Of a DNA stretch of 64,000 nt, positions 37,901 to 50,545 are shown in pieces (positions within the stretch are counted from its first letter, which is position 1; each line of letters starts with the position of its first letter). The stretch is taken from contig CM121342.1 in NCBI GenBank assembly GCA_051530055.1, positions 14,461,480 to 14,525,479 on the forward strand, written 5' to 3'. The stretch comes from Neoechinorhynchus agilis. Its lineage: Eukaryota > Animalia > Acanthocephala. The position numbers were made by a program, and so were the translations under genes. The notes under the pieces were generated by a model, which was not told the DNA's origin, did not search any database, and was given only the letters and a program-made list of their open reading frames with translations.

Positions 37901-38290
37901 TGTGTTGCCATTGGTCGTGATTTGTTTAAGGCGATTCTTGCCTTGTCGCCGTAGGACACATGCACCTTACAGTCAGCCTTTCAGACGTGCATTCATCGAC
38001 GATGGAAACTTTGCTGGATGACGATCATCAAATTTGCAATGATCAACCCCAAACTTCTTTGGATTAGAAAATCTAGTCGAGCAATGACAAATACTAATTT
38101 AACCACGTTAAAAGAATTTCTACGGTGCTACATTTAATTACTTGATGTTTCGCGGAGTGATAATTAATTTTAAGATTTTCAATGATCAAAAGCGTGATTT
38201 CTTTATTACTTGCACATTTACAGCAAAAATGTTGACAATTAAATTTTTATTAAAATTTGGCACAAATGAACTTCTCGTGCTGATATCATC

Positions 38291-39133
38291 TCATTCCTCT
38301 CCTTTTCCTGGCCAACGTCGTTTTCCCATTCGGGCAAAATTCATTCTTCGTCCGTAATTAGAGAGCTCTTGTGATTGTCTCCTTGGAATTCTTAAAAAGT
38401 TTCGAGCACGTGCCACATCCCGTTCTACTCTAGCGAGTATGCGACCAACTTGCAATATTTTGTGTTCAATTTCTTCATTCGTTGATGCTTCGCTATCCAG
38501 CTTTGTGCGACTTCCTAGTTGTTTCCGCTCGTCTTCTTGATCCGAATCGGATTCAGTCTCAATGTCGACAATGTGCTGCGAATGTGGTCTTGACCTGCTT
38601 TTACTTGACATTTCCATATCTTTGTTTATTTCTCCGTGCCGCCGTTTGCTTGATAAATGAAGCACTTCTCGTTCCACAAATGACTTGTTGGTCTTCAACT
38701 GCCGTTTTCGTTCTGGGATAATTGGCTCGTCAATTGACATCGAAGAACAACTATCTATATCCATCGGTTCTGCTTGATCGTTGGATACTGCTCGAATCTC
38801 TTCAACTGTCTGATTATTTAAATTGATCGTCCGGTCAACATTTGAAAGACTTTTATATTGTCCTTCCTCATCTTTTGCACTTACTTGCAATTTTTGAAAA
38901 TCTTCGGTCAACTGACTTTCGACGGCTTCAGCAATAAATTCTAGGCGATTTAAGCCTGGTTGCACTCTATAGCGAAAAGGTAATCGCCTGATTAATAGTG
39001 ATCCACTCCGATGTCTTCGGCGTGAATTTCCTTGTCCGCTTCGATTAGGCTCCTCGTCCGATAAAGATTCTGTACTGACATTGTGTTGATTAAAGCGATC
39101 ATTGCTTTCACTATTTAATCGTCGCGTCGGCAT
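38291..39133 (-). CDS. Orphan Arg/Ser/Glu-rich protein family, copy 1 (280 aa)
   Basis: Intact single-exon ORF MPTRRLNSESNDRF...; paralogues at 39967-40605 and 50040-50545 share flanks. Confidence 0.65.
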   Translation of the reverse strand: MPTRRLNSESNDRFNQHNVSTESLSDEEPNRSGQGNSRRRHRSGSLLIRRLPFRYRVQPGLNRLEFIAEAVESQLTEDFQKLQVSAKDEEGQYKSLSNVDRTINLNNQTVEEIRAVSNDQAEPMDIDSCSSMSIDEPIIPERKRQLKTNKSFVEREVLHLSSKRRHGEINKDMEMSSKSRSRPHSQHIVDIETESDSDQEDERKQLGSRTKLDSEASTNEEIEHKILQVGRILARVERDVARARNFLRIPRRQSQELSNYGRRMNFARMGKRRWPGKGEE

Positions 39134-39966
39134 GTTTGGATACTGATAGTCAATGTGTAACGCATATACGACTATTTCTTAAGGCGAGAATGGTACGTCC
39201 ACGTGATTCTCAGCTGTAATCATTTTATTTTGTTTTCTATACTAGCCAATCAAAATGCAGCATCTTGATTTGATTAAGTTTTTATGGCGGAAAAATTTAA
39301 GGCTTCAAGCATTTTTTTAAGTGTGAGCCTTTACGATTTTCATCTAATTAATGTTGGTTTTCGTTGATGCATTTGGCCTCAATTATTTTTAAAGGAAGTT
39401 TAACGAATAAATATAAAGGGGCAATTTGACGTTTAACTGCGATAGACGAATGAGTTCAATTTGCTACTTCGAACTATGCAACAACTTTCTAATATTTGTT
39501 TTTATTTAATCATGAGAGAAATGTTTTAAGGCCACACCGAATCTTCGCACCGCATTTTAAATTGGGAATTCAAATGCCTATTTCGTCTATGTAACTCGTG
39601 TCACCGCCATTACATTCTTAATGGCCTACTAAATGCATAATCGCGCATAATACAGATCCAGAAAAAATTATTGCCTCAAAACTCTTATTTTTTTTACAAG
39701 GTGAAAAATCAATTTTCATCACATGGTCTACGGTGCCACATTTATTTGCTTGATGTTTCGCTGCGTGATAATTAGTTTTATCAAGTATTGCATAATTGAT
39801 TGCATCGATGATGAAGATAAACACAATATTAATAGTATTATAAACGTTTAATTTAATCAAGATAATAAGATTTACAATGATCAAAAACGTGATTGCTTTC
39901 TTACTTGCACATTTACAGCAAAAATGTTGACAATGAAATTTTTATTAAATTTTGCGTAACGTTATA

Positions 39967-40605
39967 TTATTCCTCTGCGTTTCCTGGCCAACGCCGTTTT
40001 CGCATTCGGGCCAAATTGATTCTTCGTCGATAATTGAAAAGCGCTTTTGATTGTCTCTTTTTAATTCTTAAAAGGTTTCGAGCCCGTGCCACATCTTGTT
40101 CTACACTTGCTAGTATGCTACCGACTTGCAATATTTTGTGTTCCACAAATGACTTTGTGGTCTCCAACTGCCGTTTTCGTTCTGGGATAATTGGCTCGTC
40201 GAATGACATCGAAGAACAACTATCTATATCCATCGGCTCTGCTTGACCGTTGGACACTGCCCGAATCTCTTCAGTTGTATTATTTATTACGGGCATCGTT
40301 CGTTCAACATTTGAAGGACTTGGAGGTCGTCCTTCATCATCCTCTTTACTTACTCGCAATTTTTCCATATCTTCTGTCAACTGACTTTCGACGGCTTCAG
40401 CGATAAATTCTAGGCGATTCAGGCATGGTTCCACTTTATGACGAAAAGGTAATCGTCTGACTAATAGTGATCGACTCCGATGTCTTCGGCGTGAATTTCC
40501 TTGTCCGCTTCGATTAGGCTCCTCGTCCGATGAAGATTCTGTCCTGACATTTCTGTGTTGATTAAAGCGATCATTGCTTTCACTATTCAATCGTCGCGTC
40601 GGCAT
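39967..40605 (-). CDS. Orphan family copy 2 (212 aa; internal deletion relative to copy 1)
   Basis: Intact ORF aligning to copy 1; an in-frame deletion removes the REVLHL...TNEEI block. Confidence 0.65.
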   Translation of the reverse strand: MPTRRLNSESNDRFNQHRNVRTESSSDEEPNRSGQGNSRRRHRSRSLLVRRLPFRHKVEPCLNRLEFIAEAVESQLTEDMEKLRVSKEDDEGRPPSPSNVERTMPVINNTTEEIRAVSNGQAEPMDIDSCSSMSFDEPIIPERKRQLETTKSFVEHKILQVGSILASVEQDVARARNLLRIKKRQSKALFNYRRRINLARMRKRRWPGNAEE

Positions 40606-41951
40606 GTTTGGATACTGATAGTCGATGTGTAACGCATATACGACTATTTCTTAAGGCGAGAATGGTACGTCCACGTGATTCTCAGCTGTAATCATTTTAT
40701 TTAGTTTTCTATACTAGCCAATCAAAATGCAGCACCTTGATTTAATTAAGTTTTTATAGCGGAAAAATTTAAGGCTTCAAACATTTTATTAAGTAAGGTC
40801 AAGTTGTTGCTTTGGGTGGATAGTATGATTATTTTTGTGACGTCTCTCACCCAGACATCGAATTTTCGAGACTCGCCGGTCTCCTCTCCAGGTGTTGTCA
40901 ACATCTAAAACACAAACAAGCGCTCGCTTAACATCAATTTGCGTTTTGACTCAGGACCCCGGGTCTGTTATGCCCGTTGACAGAGGCGCAATTTTCCTTG
41001 CCCGGGGGAACTTAGGCCATGAGCAGATATCTGTGGTTGATAACTTCAGGGTCACATTCCCTTTGTTACCTTCCATATGTTTTTGTCGCTCGGCCTGTCC
41101 TATCATCATGGACTCCATTATGAGCCTCCGTTGTAAGTGATCCTCACTCATTAACATTGCTGCATTTTCAAATCCGATATAGTGCGAGTTTTCGTGCGCA
41201 TCTTTCAACATCGCTGACGCCGTGCACCTCGTCCGCATGACATAACGGTGTTGTCTAATGCGCATGTCCAGCTCCTGCATTGTTTGACCGATATACATGG
41301 CTTTGCAATCTAGACAGGGAATAGCGTACACTCCTCGAACACCTTTCGCATCGGTTTGCGTTTGAAAATGCCAGCCAATGTGGGACCACTTTTCGTGAAG
41401 ATCTGTGCGTCTGGATCAATTCTTTTCACTCTCCGCTTCAAAATGTTCTCACAGTGGTCGTTTACAAATCTAGTTCCAATGAACGTCCTTTTTCCTCTTC
41501 TTGATCTTCACGAAAAGTGGTCTTTCTTGAATTGGCATTTGAGATCAGGTTGGCTGTTCCGCTATCAATTAGCCTGGATTGGGTTTCGATTATTCTGGCT
41601 ACGAATTCTGAAGTTGATTCATCAATATCCACCATAACATCTTCCCCTTCATTAGAGCGAGATCCACCATTTGACTTTTTTGCTACTCTTGCATCCTCGT
41701 CAGACGTAATGGATCTTTTGAGTTTTGCTGGATCTTGTTTTGATAAGCAAGAGGAGAAAAGAGCCGGAAGGTTTGTCAAATTATCGATTAGGGTACAGAT
41801 CTTCCTTTCGAAAGCCAACAATGCCTCAGTGAGACGAGCTTGCATGATCATGAGAAGTTTGTTGCAGGCTTCTTCTAATTTGCTCTCCAAAAAATCCATG
41901 GTCACAACTTGAGCTGACGGCGCATTGCCGGAATGTTCCGAAGTAGAGTTG

Positions 41952-42995
41952 TCAAATTGACGATAGGAGGCTGCTGGAAGCGCTGAGTTGTGCTTCGCTG
42001 CTGACTGCTGGGTTGGATTCCCGGAATTTGCTCCTGTTGTCTCCACTGGCATTGAGAGACTTTTTAGCCCAAGCCCAATATTTCTTGAACTCAGGACAGC
42101 CTTTATAGAAGGACGAATGTTGTCCATGACAATTCACACACTGCTTTTTTGACTTAATACACTGATCCGAACCATGGGAGGTATCTGCGCAGTGGCAACA
42201 TTTTTTTAAGGATGGATTGGGGCAATTTTGGCACCAGTGGCCCCATTGCTGGCAGATGGTGCATTGTGGGAATATGAAGTCATCCTGTTCATGGTTCGAC
42301 TTCATCGCAAAGTTAATTTCAAAGCAATTGAACGAGCAAAATTGTTGTGTGCATAAGTCGTCGCGAACTTGTCTTTGTCCCTCCACCATGGCAATCGAGA
42401 TGGGTTGACCTGTCCTCCTTGAATTAAGAAAAAACTTGATCTTGCAATTGAACGATTGCTCGAAATTTTCCCGCTCTTCATTGGTGATTGAAGGATCAAT
42501 TCCTTTCACCAGAAATTGTACTTTTTGAGAGCTATATGAAACATCATACACTTCCTTAGGAAGATTAGAAATAGAGAAGTTTACCAATTTTTCCAACCAA
42601 GTATGTGACACCATATAAATTCTAAGCGTGCTGGCGAAATATGTTAAGTGATCGATTCTTTTAATGCCATCGTTTTTAAAAGAACGTGTCCAAGGGCTTA
42701 CTATTTGATCGTACATGATTTGTTTGGGAAGGGATGGTTTGGATTTGAAGATAGCTATGTATGGCCATTTTTTTGTCGGTGAAGACAAGTAATTTGATAT
42801 TGGAATTTGTTTTGATGATGTCGACTGGAAGTTGTTTCCCAGGACTTGTGATTGTTGTAGCTCGAGATTAGAGAGTAGCTGCTCTCGCTTCTCCAGAACA
42901 AAGCCTCCATGATCATCAGAAGGATCAGGAGGTTTCGAAGGGTGTTCGCTACTAAATACGATTTGTTTGAGATATGGGAATTTGAAGTAAAAATT
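41952..42995 (-). CDS. Gag/LINE-ORF1-like zinc-knuckle protein inside the composite element
   Basis: CTICQQWGHWCQNC, CCHCADTSHGSDQC, CVNCHGQH. The frame is open upstream through KPPDP to the pLTR repeat at ~42995. Confidence 0.75.
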   Translation of the reverse strand, partial: NFYFKFPYLKQIVFSSEHPSKPPDPSDDHGGFVLEKREQLLSNLELQQSQVLGNNFQSTSSKQIPISNYLSSPTKKWPYIAIFKSKPSLPKQIMYDQIVSPWTRSFKNDGIKRIDHLTYFASTLRIYMVSHTWLEKLVNFSISNLPKEVYDVSYSSQKVQFLVKGIDPSITNEERENFEQSFNCKIKFFLNSRRTGQPISIAMVEGQRQVRDDLCTQQFCSFNCFEINFAMKSNHEQDDFIFPQCTICQQWGHWCQNCPNPSLKKCCHCADTSHGSDQCIKSKKQCVNCHGQHSSFYKGCPEFKKYWAWAKKSLNASGDNRSKFRESNPAVSSEAQLSASSSLLSSI

Positions 42996-43074
42996 AATTT
43001 ATTGAATATTTCGATCCAAACTAGGATCTTCTTCGGCAATTCTAAAAAAGAGAGGCAGGGAATGCCAAAAACTA

Positions 43075-45525
43075 TCACACGTTGATCATATCGGGTGGAA
43101 TCCGAAGCTTCAATCTGTAATCCGGCTTGTTTCCATCAAAAATGGATGACGACTGGATATACACAGCTTCCATGACCACACGACTGAATCGATCGTTACT
43201 TCGTAATAACACTTGTGTGTTATCAAAATCGATATGATGTCCAGTATTCACAACGTGTGAGACCACTGCAGAACTCAAGTCATTCTTTCTATTTATCGAT
43301 CGCCTGTGCTCTTGAATTCTCCTATTTAGATCGTTCGTTTGTTCGATGTAGACCTGATTACATTCACTACATGGGATCTTATATACTGATCCAGATTGAG
43401 GCTCGCCTTTTTGTTGGGACAAAGCAGTGTGTAAATTACGTCCCTTCCGACAATACACATCTACCAGGGTACTGCTAATACCTGTTTGTAGTGTCCTCTG
43501 CATCTTCCTGAACAAGGATTCATCGTGGAAGGGGACCTCTAGGAAAATCTTCTCTTTCTTCGCATTAGAAACATTCCCGTGGCTGCGTCTCACTCCTTCA
43601 AGGCATCTTTGTACCAAATGTAGAGGATACCCGAGTCTGCCCGACAAGTCGAATAGGAAATTAAGCTCTTCATCTTCCTCACTACAGTGTGTAAAAGCTC
43701 TGTGAAATAAACATCTAATCCTAGACATTTTTTATCTTTGCGGTTGCATTGAGCTCCATGGAACAAAACGATGCGGGAAACCATATTTCCTATACACGCT
43801 CGTTGTGTATGAATTCTCCCTTCGTTCAATTGATACATCGAGAAACGAAAAATATCCTCGTTCTTCAATGTCCATTGTCCACTGTATGTGTTCGTCCTTA
43901 CCATTCAGCTGATTGTGAAGCTCCTCAGGAGACAGGACAGAAGAGTCTAGCAATATGAAGGTATCGTCCACATATCTAACCCAGAATGCGATCCCAGGGA
44001 TGGCCTTTAGGAAATCAGATTCCCATTGCCTCATATATAACTCAGCTAAGATAGGAGCTAAAGGACTTCCCATTGCCAAGCCATCTTTTTGGTCATAGTC
44101 GCATCCCTCGAATCGAAAATTGGAAAATCTGGTACAGAACTGTAAAAGTTTTTTCCAATCAGTTTTAGTAAGTTTCCATTCATTGTTAAGTACAAGCAAA
44201 GGAATAGCTAGATTGATCGCACGATTCACAGGAATTTTTGTGAAGAGGGACGTAACATCAGCAGAAACCATTGTGTAAGTAGAACCCCAATTAGAGCGAA
44301 GTCTTGATATGAAATCCTTACCATTATCAATAGTATTATCGGAAGATCCCATTATACTACGTAGCATATCTGCTATTTTTCGGGACATATCAGTACAGAA
44401 TGTCGAGTGGGCAGCCACTATAGGTCGAAACTTAATAGGGTTTTTGTGTACCTTGGCGAGAAGGTATAGTCTGGGCGTTTTTGCATCCGTAGAGCGAAGT
44501 GCTTTATAATCATCAGGAGGAAGCTTCCCTTGATTTTTCAATCTCAAAATAAATGAGTTGAATTCCCTTTCACGACTTTTTGTTGGGCATGTACTGAGCT
44601 GCTCAAACTCATTACCGTTGAGGATTTCAAGGCCTGCTTCTCGATATTGTTGTGAATTCGCAATACAATATCCATACCCCTTATCGATCTTGACCAAAAC
44701 TACATCCTTGATGTCCCTGAGAAGGTCCATTCCACGCTGCATTCTCCGGGAGATGTTAGAGTTAACATTCCTATTTTTAATAACTGAATCATAGTACTGT
44801 TCTATCTTCCAAGTTGGTATATTCAGATTATCATATTCGAGTCGCGTTGCAAGTTTCTCTAGCTTGATTCTGTATTCAAACTTCTTAGGTGGCGTATAAG
44901 GAATGAAATCGGGACCATAACTAAGTAGCTCCAGTACTTCGTCTGGCAGAATAATGTTCGACATATTATATACCTCATTCTTGTGATCAGAAGCATTATA
45001 AAATCTATTCTGGGTCAGTCGATTAAGCTTTCGAATATGACGATTCAAAATAGCTTTTTCTTCGATATCCATGTGATCTTTGACACAGAACTCTACAAGT
45101 TGACAATATTCTGAACTTATCCATCTATTGACATTCTCTAGGCAGTTATTATAGGAGATCGAATTGTTTTTGACATTGTTGACCATACATGAAATAGTAT
45201 TATCAAGCATGCGCTCCATCATGTACTTTTTCCGTAGCGAATTGTCAAAACCAAGAGCAGGTGATCTTAGATGAAGGAAACTTGGAAAAACACCATAGTT
45301 TTTGCAGTCCCTTAAGAAATCAAGAGCCATCAGTGATCTCATATTCCTCAGACCAAATTTGTCCAATTCCCTTACCGCTTGAAGAGCAGATTCCCCATAT
45401 ATCTGCTTTATACTGTTGAAAATAAAATCCATATGTTTGAGATATGGGAATTTGAAGTAAACTTTTTCCGTCAGGACGAAAACTGCGCATGAAAACGCGA
45501 AATCCGATGGACAATGTCCGTACAA
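43075..45525 (-). CDS. Penelope-like RT (43732-45525) and GIY-YIG endonuclease (43075-43728), one frameshift
   Basis: LYLLAKVHK, RPIV, SADVTSLFT, GLAMGSPLAP, VRYVDD, FSFLDVSI; VYKIPCSECNQVYIEQT, RRIQEH. Confidence 0.92.
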
Positions 45526-45593
45526 TGACTCGGCAGATATTGCAAGGCTTGGATTATTTACACGCGACTTGCGAGATAATTCACACGGATATT
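45504..45593 (+). pseudogene. SR-protein-kinase-like (SRPK) fragment of ~30 codons inside the Penelope composite
   Basis: Reads [30 protein letters not shown]; compare SRPK [24 protein letters not shown]. Confidence 0.7.
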
Positions 45594-46389
45594 GATGTGG
45601 ACGAGGTGCACGGCGTCAGCGATGTTGAAAGATGCGCACGAAAACTCGCACTATATCGGATTTGAAAATGCAGCAATGTTAATGAGTGAGGATCACTTAC
45701 AACGGAGGCTCATAATGGAGTCCATGATGATAGGACAGGCCGAGCGACAAAAACATATGGAAGGTAACAAAGGGAATGTGACCCTGAAGTTATCAACCAC
45801 AGATATCTGCTCATGGCCTAAGTTCCCCCGGGGTAGCAGCACGAATAATTGCACCTCTGCTAACGGGCATGACGGGCCCGGGGTCCTGAGTCAAAACGTA
45901 AATTGATGTTAAGCGAGCGCTTGTTTGTGTTTTAGATGTTGACAACACCTGGAGAGGAGACCGGCGAGTCTCGAAAATCCTATCAAATAAATAAATGCCT
46001 GGGTGAGAGACGTCACAAAAACAATTTTAATAAGTGTTAGCTTTTGCGATTTTCATCTAATAAAGGTTGGTGCTCGTTCATGCATTTGGCCTCAATTATT
46101 TTTAAACAATTTTAATGAATTTAAAGGGGCAATTTGACGTTTAACTGCGATAGACGAATGAGTTCAATTCGCTACTTCGAACTACGCAACAAATTTCTAA
46201 TCCTTGTTTTTATTTAATGACGAGAGAAATGTTTTATGGCGACACCGATTCTTGGCATCGCATTGTAAATTGGGCATTCAAATGTCGATTTCGTCTATTT
46301 ACCTCGTGTCGCCGCCATTATTAATCGCGCATAATATGGACCATATAAGTGTATTTATTTTAGCTCTCGCTCACAAACTGTTATATGCC

Positions 46390-49300
46390 TAGCCGCCCTC
46401 GTCCTCAATTGTCGCCCGAATGCTTGCAGTGTTGCCTCTCAACACGGCGATGCTGATATTTTGAACCAAGTATTGACCTGACCTTGCATCGGCGGTTGTA
46501 ACCTGATGGCGTCAGATTAGATCCCTCAGGAGTTGAAGAGCCTCGTTACCAAGAGATCCGTAGGTATCAACCCCAAAAGGCACGAACACATGGGCCCTTG
46601 CTAAATCGAGGTATTTCGCCGTTTTCCGTCCTTCCGCAGCGCTCGCTGCACCTCCACCTTGAACCACAAAGAACTTGAGATTGCTGGCTGCGAGTGTATC
46701 GACACACGTGTCGCCGCAGAGAAGGCATTTACCCTCCCGCCACGGAAATGCGGTCACCCCATCAAGTTTACGCGCGTCGTCCCTACAGATGTTGGCAGAT
46801 TCCAAAATTTTGGGGGAATGTATTGTATCCGGTGCCAGGCTCAGCACCATGTCAATTTCGGCATGTCTTGCGAATCTGCCGGCTGATTTTCTACAGATGA
46901 GACCATGACGTCCCGACGAATCCACATTTGCACTGCAGCGGCAACGGTGTGGATGACACATCGGTAGTCCTATTATCATTGAAAATCCTACCCGTACTGC
47001 CTCGTCGAAGAGGAGAGTACCCACAGATGCCAGCGGGACTACGTTGAACCTAGCACCTGATTCTATGTCAATTTCGGCATGTCTTGCGAATCTGTTGGCT
47101 GATTTTCTACAGATGAGACCATGAAGTCCCGACGAATCCACATTTGCACCACAGCGGCAACGGTCGGGATGACACATCGGTAGTCCTAGTCTTATTGAAA
47201 CTCCGAGCCGTACTGCCTCGTCGGCGAGGAGAGTACCCACGGATGCCAGCGGGACCGCGTTCAACCAAGCACCTGATTCTCTAGTGGAGACTGCCAACAA
47301 CCTGGCACGGACAACGTCGTCGCTTAAGTCTGATAAGAGAGAGCTTTGAACTCTTGCGACGGGAGGTCGATCCCACGCAGATTGCTTTTTGCCATTCACA
47401 GGTACTTGATGGGAGTTGGTCAGTGTACACCACTCACTGATTCCCTCGTCAAAATGCCTATCAAGATGATAATTAGATTTCAAAATGCGGTGAACTGCAC
47501 TTCTGCGTCCCTCGTGGGAGCCTAAAAATACGGGAAGGATTTTTTCTGCTTTTTTCCGGATGCCCAACCCGCTAGAAGATACAGGCAAGGATGCTTGTTG
47601 CCATGCCTTTTCTGACAGCTGCACATTTAAAACTTGCTCAAGACAGTCCTTCAATCTGTTATCTAGCTTGCCAAGCTCACCCATGTGCTTGAAAACCGGC
47701 GCAGTGCGTAGTGCATAAAGGGACGTGTTGATGAAGAGGGTATTCTTTATCAAGAACAGAGCCTCGTGTGATCCAAGCTCACGGACCCTATTGCAAAGCA
47801 CCGATAATTTCTCTAGAAGGCTGTTAATTTTTTGTTCGACATTCCCATCAAAGACGCAACTGCCCAAAACTTAAGCCGGTCTAGGTCGATTATTTCTATC
47901 CCGGGTGCAACATTTTCAAAGTCGCGCTTTATTTCGTCTTTTGCAGCACCCCTCTCTATATTACAGAATAGAATTTCGCATTTTTCTGTGCTCAATTCAA
48001 TGCCTAGCTTACTTGCCTCTATCTTGATTTTCTCCAGGTCACGAAGAACTACCTGGAGATCGCATCTTAGCGTAGCATCGTCCAGGTACCAGGCATTGAA
48101 TTCCGCATCAAGAGAGTGCGCTAATTCGTTAATTGTGAGCGCGAAACCAATTGGACCTAATGGGTCTACCTGTTGAACGCCTCTTTCGGAAGGAATGGTG
48201 TGATCGTTGAATTCAAGAGGGGTCGCAGCTCCGTACGAATTTCTAAAATACCCGTAAGCCTCCGGTGCGTGGTCTCTGACAGCTTTTAAGAGCGAGTCGC
48301 GATTAGCGGAATTGAAGGCGTTCCGGAAATCTAATTTCAAGATCACGCACGGTTTGGCGTTCTCAATAACAAATGTACGGAGTGCGTGGACTATCTCTTC
48401 CGCCCCACAAGGTGTGCAGCAAACTAGTTGGACTGGATGAAGAATTTCAGCAATACCTTGTGATACTCGCCTAGATATCACTTTCTCTGCTAGTCGTCTC
48501 AATGTAGAGCCGATCGCGATGGGACGAAACCCACCGTCCTTCTTTTCTAAAGCGCAGACGGAAGCGCCAAAAAACCATTCGATCGCTTTGTGGTACAGGT
48601 TGCCTCCAGGGAAAACGCCGACTAACCGAGTCAAGGCGTTCAGGAGAACATTGGATGGATCAGCTACGGAGAAGGACATCATGTCCTGTAGGTGCCGAGG
48701 CCGAAGCCAGTTGAGCCCATGTGCTGACCCATTTGCGAACGAAGAAACGGCTTTACTAACAACTCTAACGGGGTGCACGAGGGGATCATATCCGAATATT
48801 CTAGGTAACCAGTGGATCCAGGATGTTTCTCGTTGAGAAGTTGGAGAGTTTTCGCATCATCGCTTGCAAATTCGTTGGTGGATGATAGAATGCGAACCGC
48901 GATTCTCAAATCACCATCGGCGAGTTTAGAAGACACTCTCTGGGTCATTGAACGGGTTGAAACTCGGCCCGAATTCAGTGACTTTGAGATATCTCCCCTA
49001 AAAACGCGAGCTTTGCGTAGGACCTTTCCAAACGAGTTGTCGAAGGAGGACACCCGGTTTTTGATGAGGGTAACAAGAGATTCGTCAGATGGTACTCCAG
49101 CACAAAGTACCAGTCTCGGGAATGCGAAAAGGCGTGCCCAAGATATCTCGGTATTTGTCTCGAGACAGTCGCTCAGCAGGGCTGAATATCTCTTCGCTAC
49201 CTGAAATCGAGCGCCCTTTGGGATCCGCTTCAGGATGTTTCTGGGCAAAACGCGCGCGATCTCCAGCAACGAAGGGGTGCAATGGACGATGTTTTGGATG

Positions 49301-49620
49301 TTCTGGCGAGGTTCACTGAGCTTAGGAGCAGAGCTTGCCAGCAGAAGGAAGGAACCAACACATCGGGAATCCCTTGGGCCGTGAGTCCAAAATTCTGTCG
49401 ATTTCGTAATTTTGATCTGGTTTCACAGATCGGGCAATTATATGCTGAGACCTTCGGATATCGGGCAGCATTGACCTCACCTCCCAGAATACCCGAAATT
49501 TCCGTTTACCGCTTGCTCTCTACAGGTTGTTCGGACCAAAGTTGATTTTATGAATTTGCAGCGTCGGTCCTCTCGTGATCCGTGTGATTAACAGGTGGCA
49601 CGTTGAGGGCCTGCGTCAGC
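46390..49620 (-). mobile_element. Near full-length CRE-like non-LTR retrotransposon (RT + CCHC + REL endonuclease), frameshifted
   Basis: KKDGGFRPIAIG, LDFRNAFNS, GVQQVDPLGP, WYLDDA, CRCGANVDSSGLHGLIC, RHAEID, KLDGVTAFPWREGKCLL. The CCHC block is tandemly duplicated. Confidence 0.92.
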
Positions 49621-50039
49621 AGCGTCGGGAGTGGGCGGTGCGACGTGGTCCCGAATGGAGCGAGGGGACGGCGGTGGAATCGTTGACATGCCGATTGCTT
49701 GTAGATTTTTGCTTGTAAGTTCGGGTCTCATTTAGAGATATTACTGGCTTCTTTTGAAAAGTATTTGTTACGCCACAATAAACCGTTATTGCAGGTGAAA
49801 TCAGGGTTGTTTGTAAATTGCCTGTTTGCAAGTGTTTACGACGTTAGACCGTGAATTATAGAAGAGAAATACAAAATTAATAGTATTATTAACGTTTAAT
49901 TCAATCAAGATAATAAGATTTACAATGATCAAAAACGATAGTGTTTTTTTACTTGCACATTTACAGCAAAAATGTTGACAATGAAATTTTTATTAAATTT
50001 TACATAACGTTATATTATTTCTCTGCTTATCCTGTCAAC

Positions 50040-50545
50040 CACCGTTTTCGCATTCGGGCTAAATTGATTCTTCGTCCATAATTGAAAAGCACTTGTGATT
50101 GTTTGTTTGGAATTCTTAAAAAGTTTCGAGCCTGTGCCACATCTTGTTCTACACTTGCTAGTATGCTACCGACTTGCTATATTTTGTGTTCCACAAATGA
50201 CTTTGTGGTCTCCAACTGCCGTTTTCGTTCTGGGATAATTGGCTCGTCGAATGACATCGAAGAACAACTATCTATATCCATCGGTTCTGCTTGATCGTTG
50301 GACACTGCCCGAATCTCTTCAGTTGTATTATTTATTACGGGCATCGTCCGGTCAACATTTGAAAGACTTTTTCCGTCAACTGACTTTCGACGGCTTCAGC
50401 GATAAATTCTAGACGATTCAGGCATGGTTCCACTTTATGACGAAAAGGTAATCGTCTGATTAATAGTGATCGACTCCGATGTCTTCGGCGTGAATTTCCT
50501 TGTCCGCTTCGATTAGGTTCCTCGTTCGATGAAGATTCTGTACTG
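50040..50545 (-). pseudogene. Orphan family copy 3, 5'-truncated and frameshifted
   Basis: Aligns with copy 2 and its 3' flank (49870-50040). The 5' end is replaced by virus-like sequence. Confidence 0.75.

Larger units (their letters stand above)
40797..46030 (-). mobile_element. Composite Penelope-like insertion with ~400-bp inverted ends, PLE RT/GIY-YIG and a gag-like ORF
   Basis: 40830-41235 is the reverse complement of 45592-46020. The host repeat unit is interrupted at 40796 and resumes at 46030. Internal ORFs are listed separately. Confidence 0.7.
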
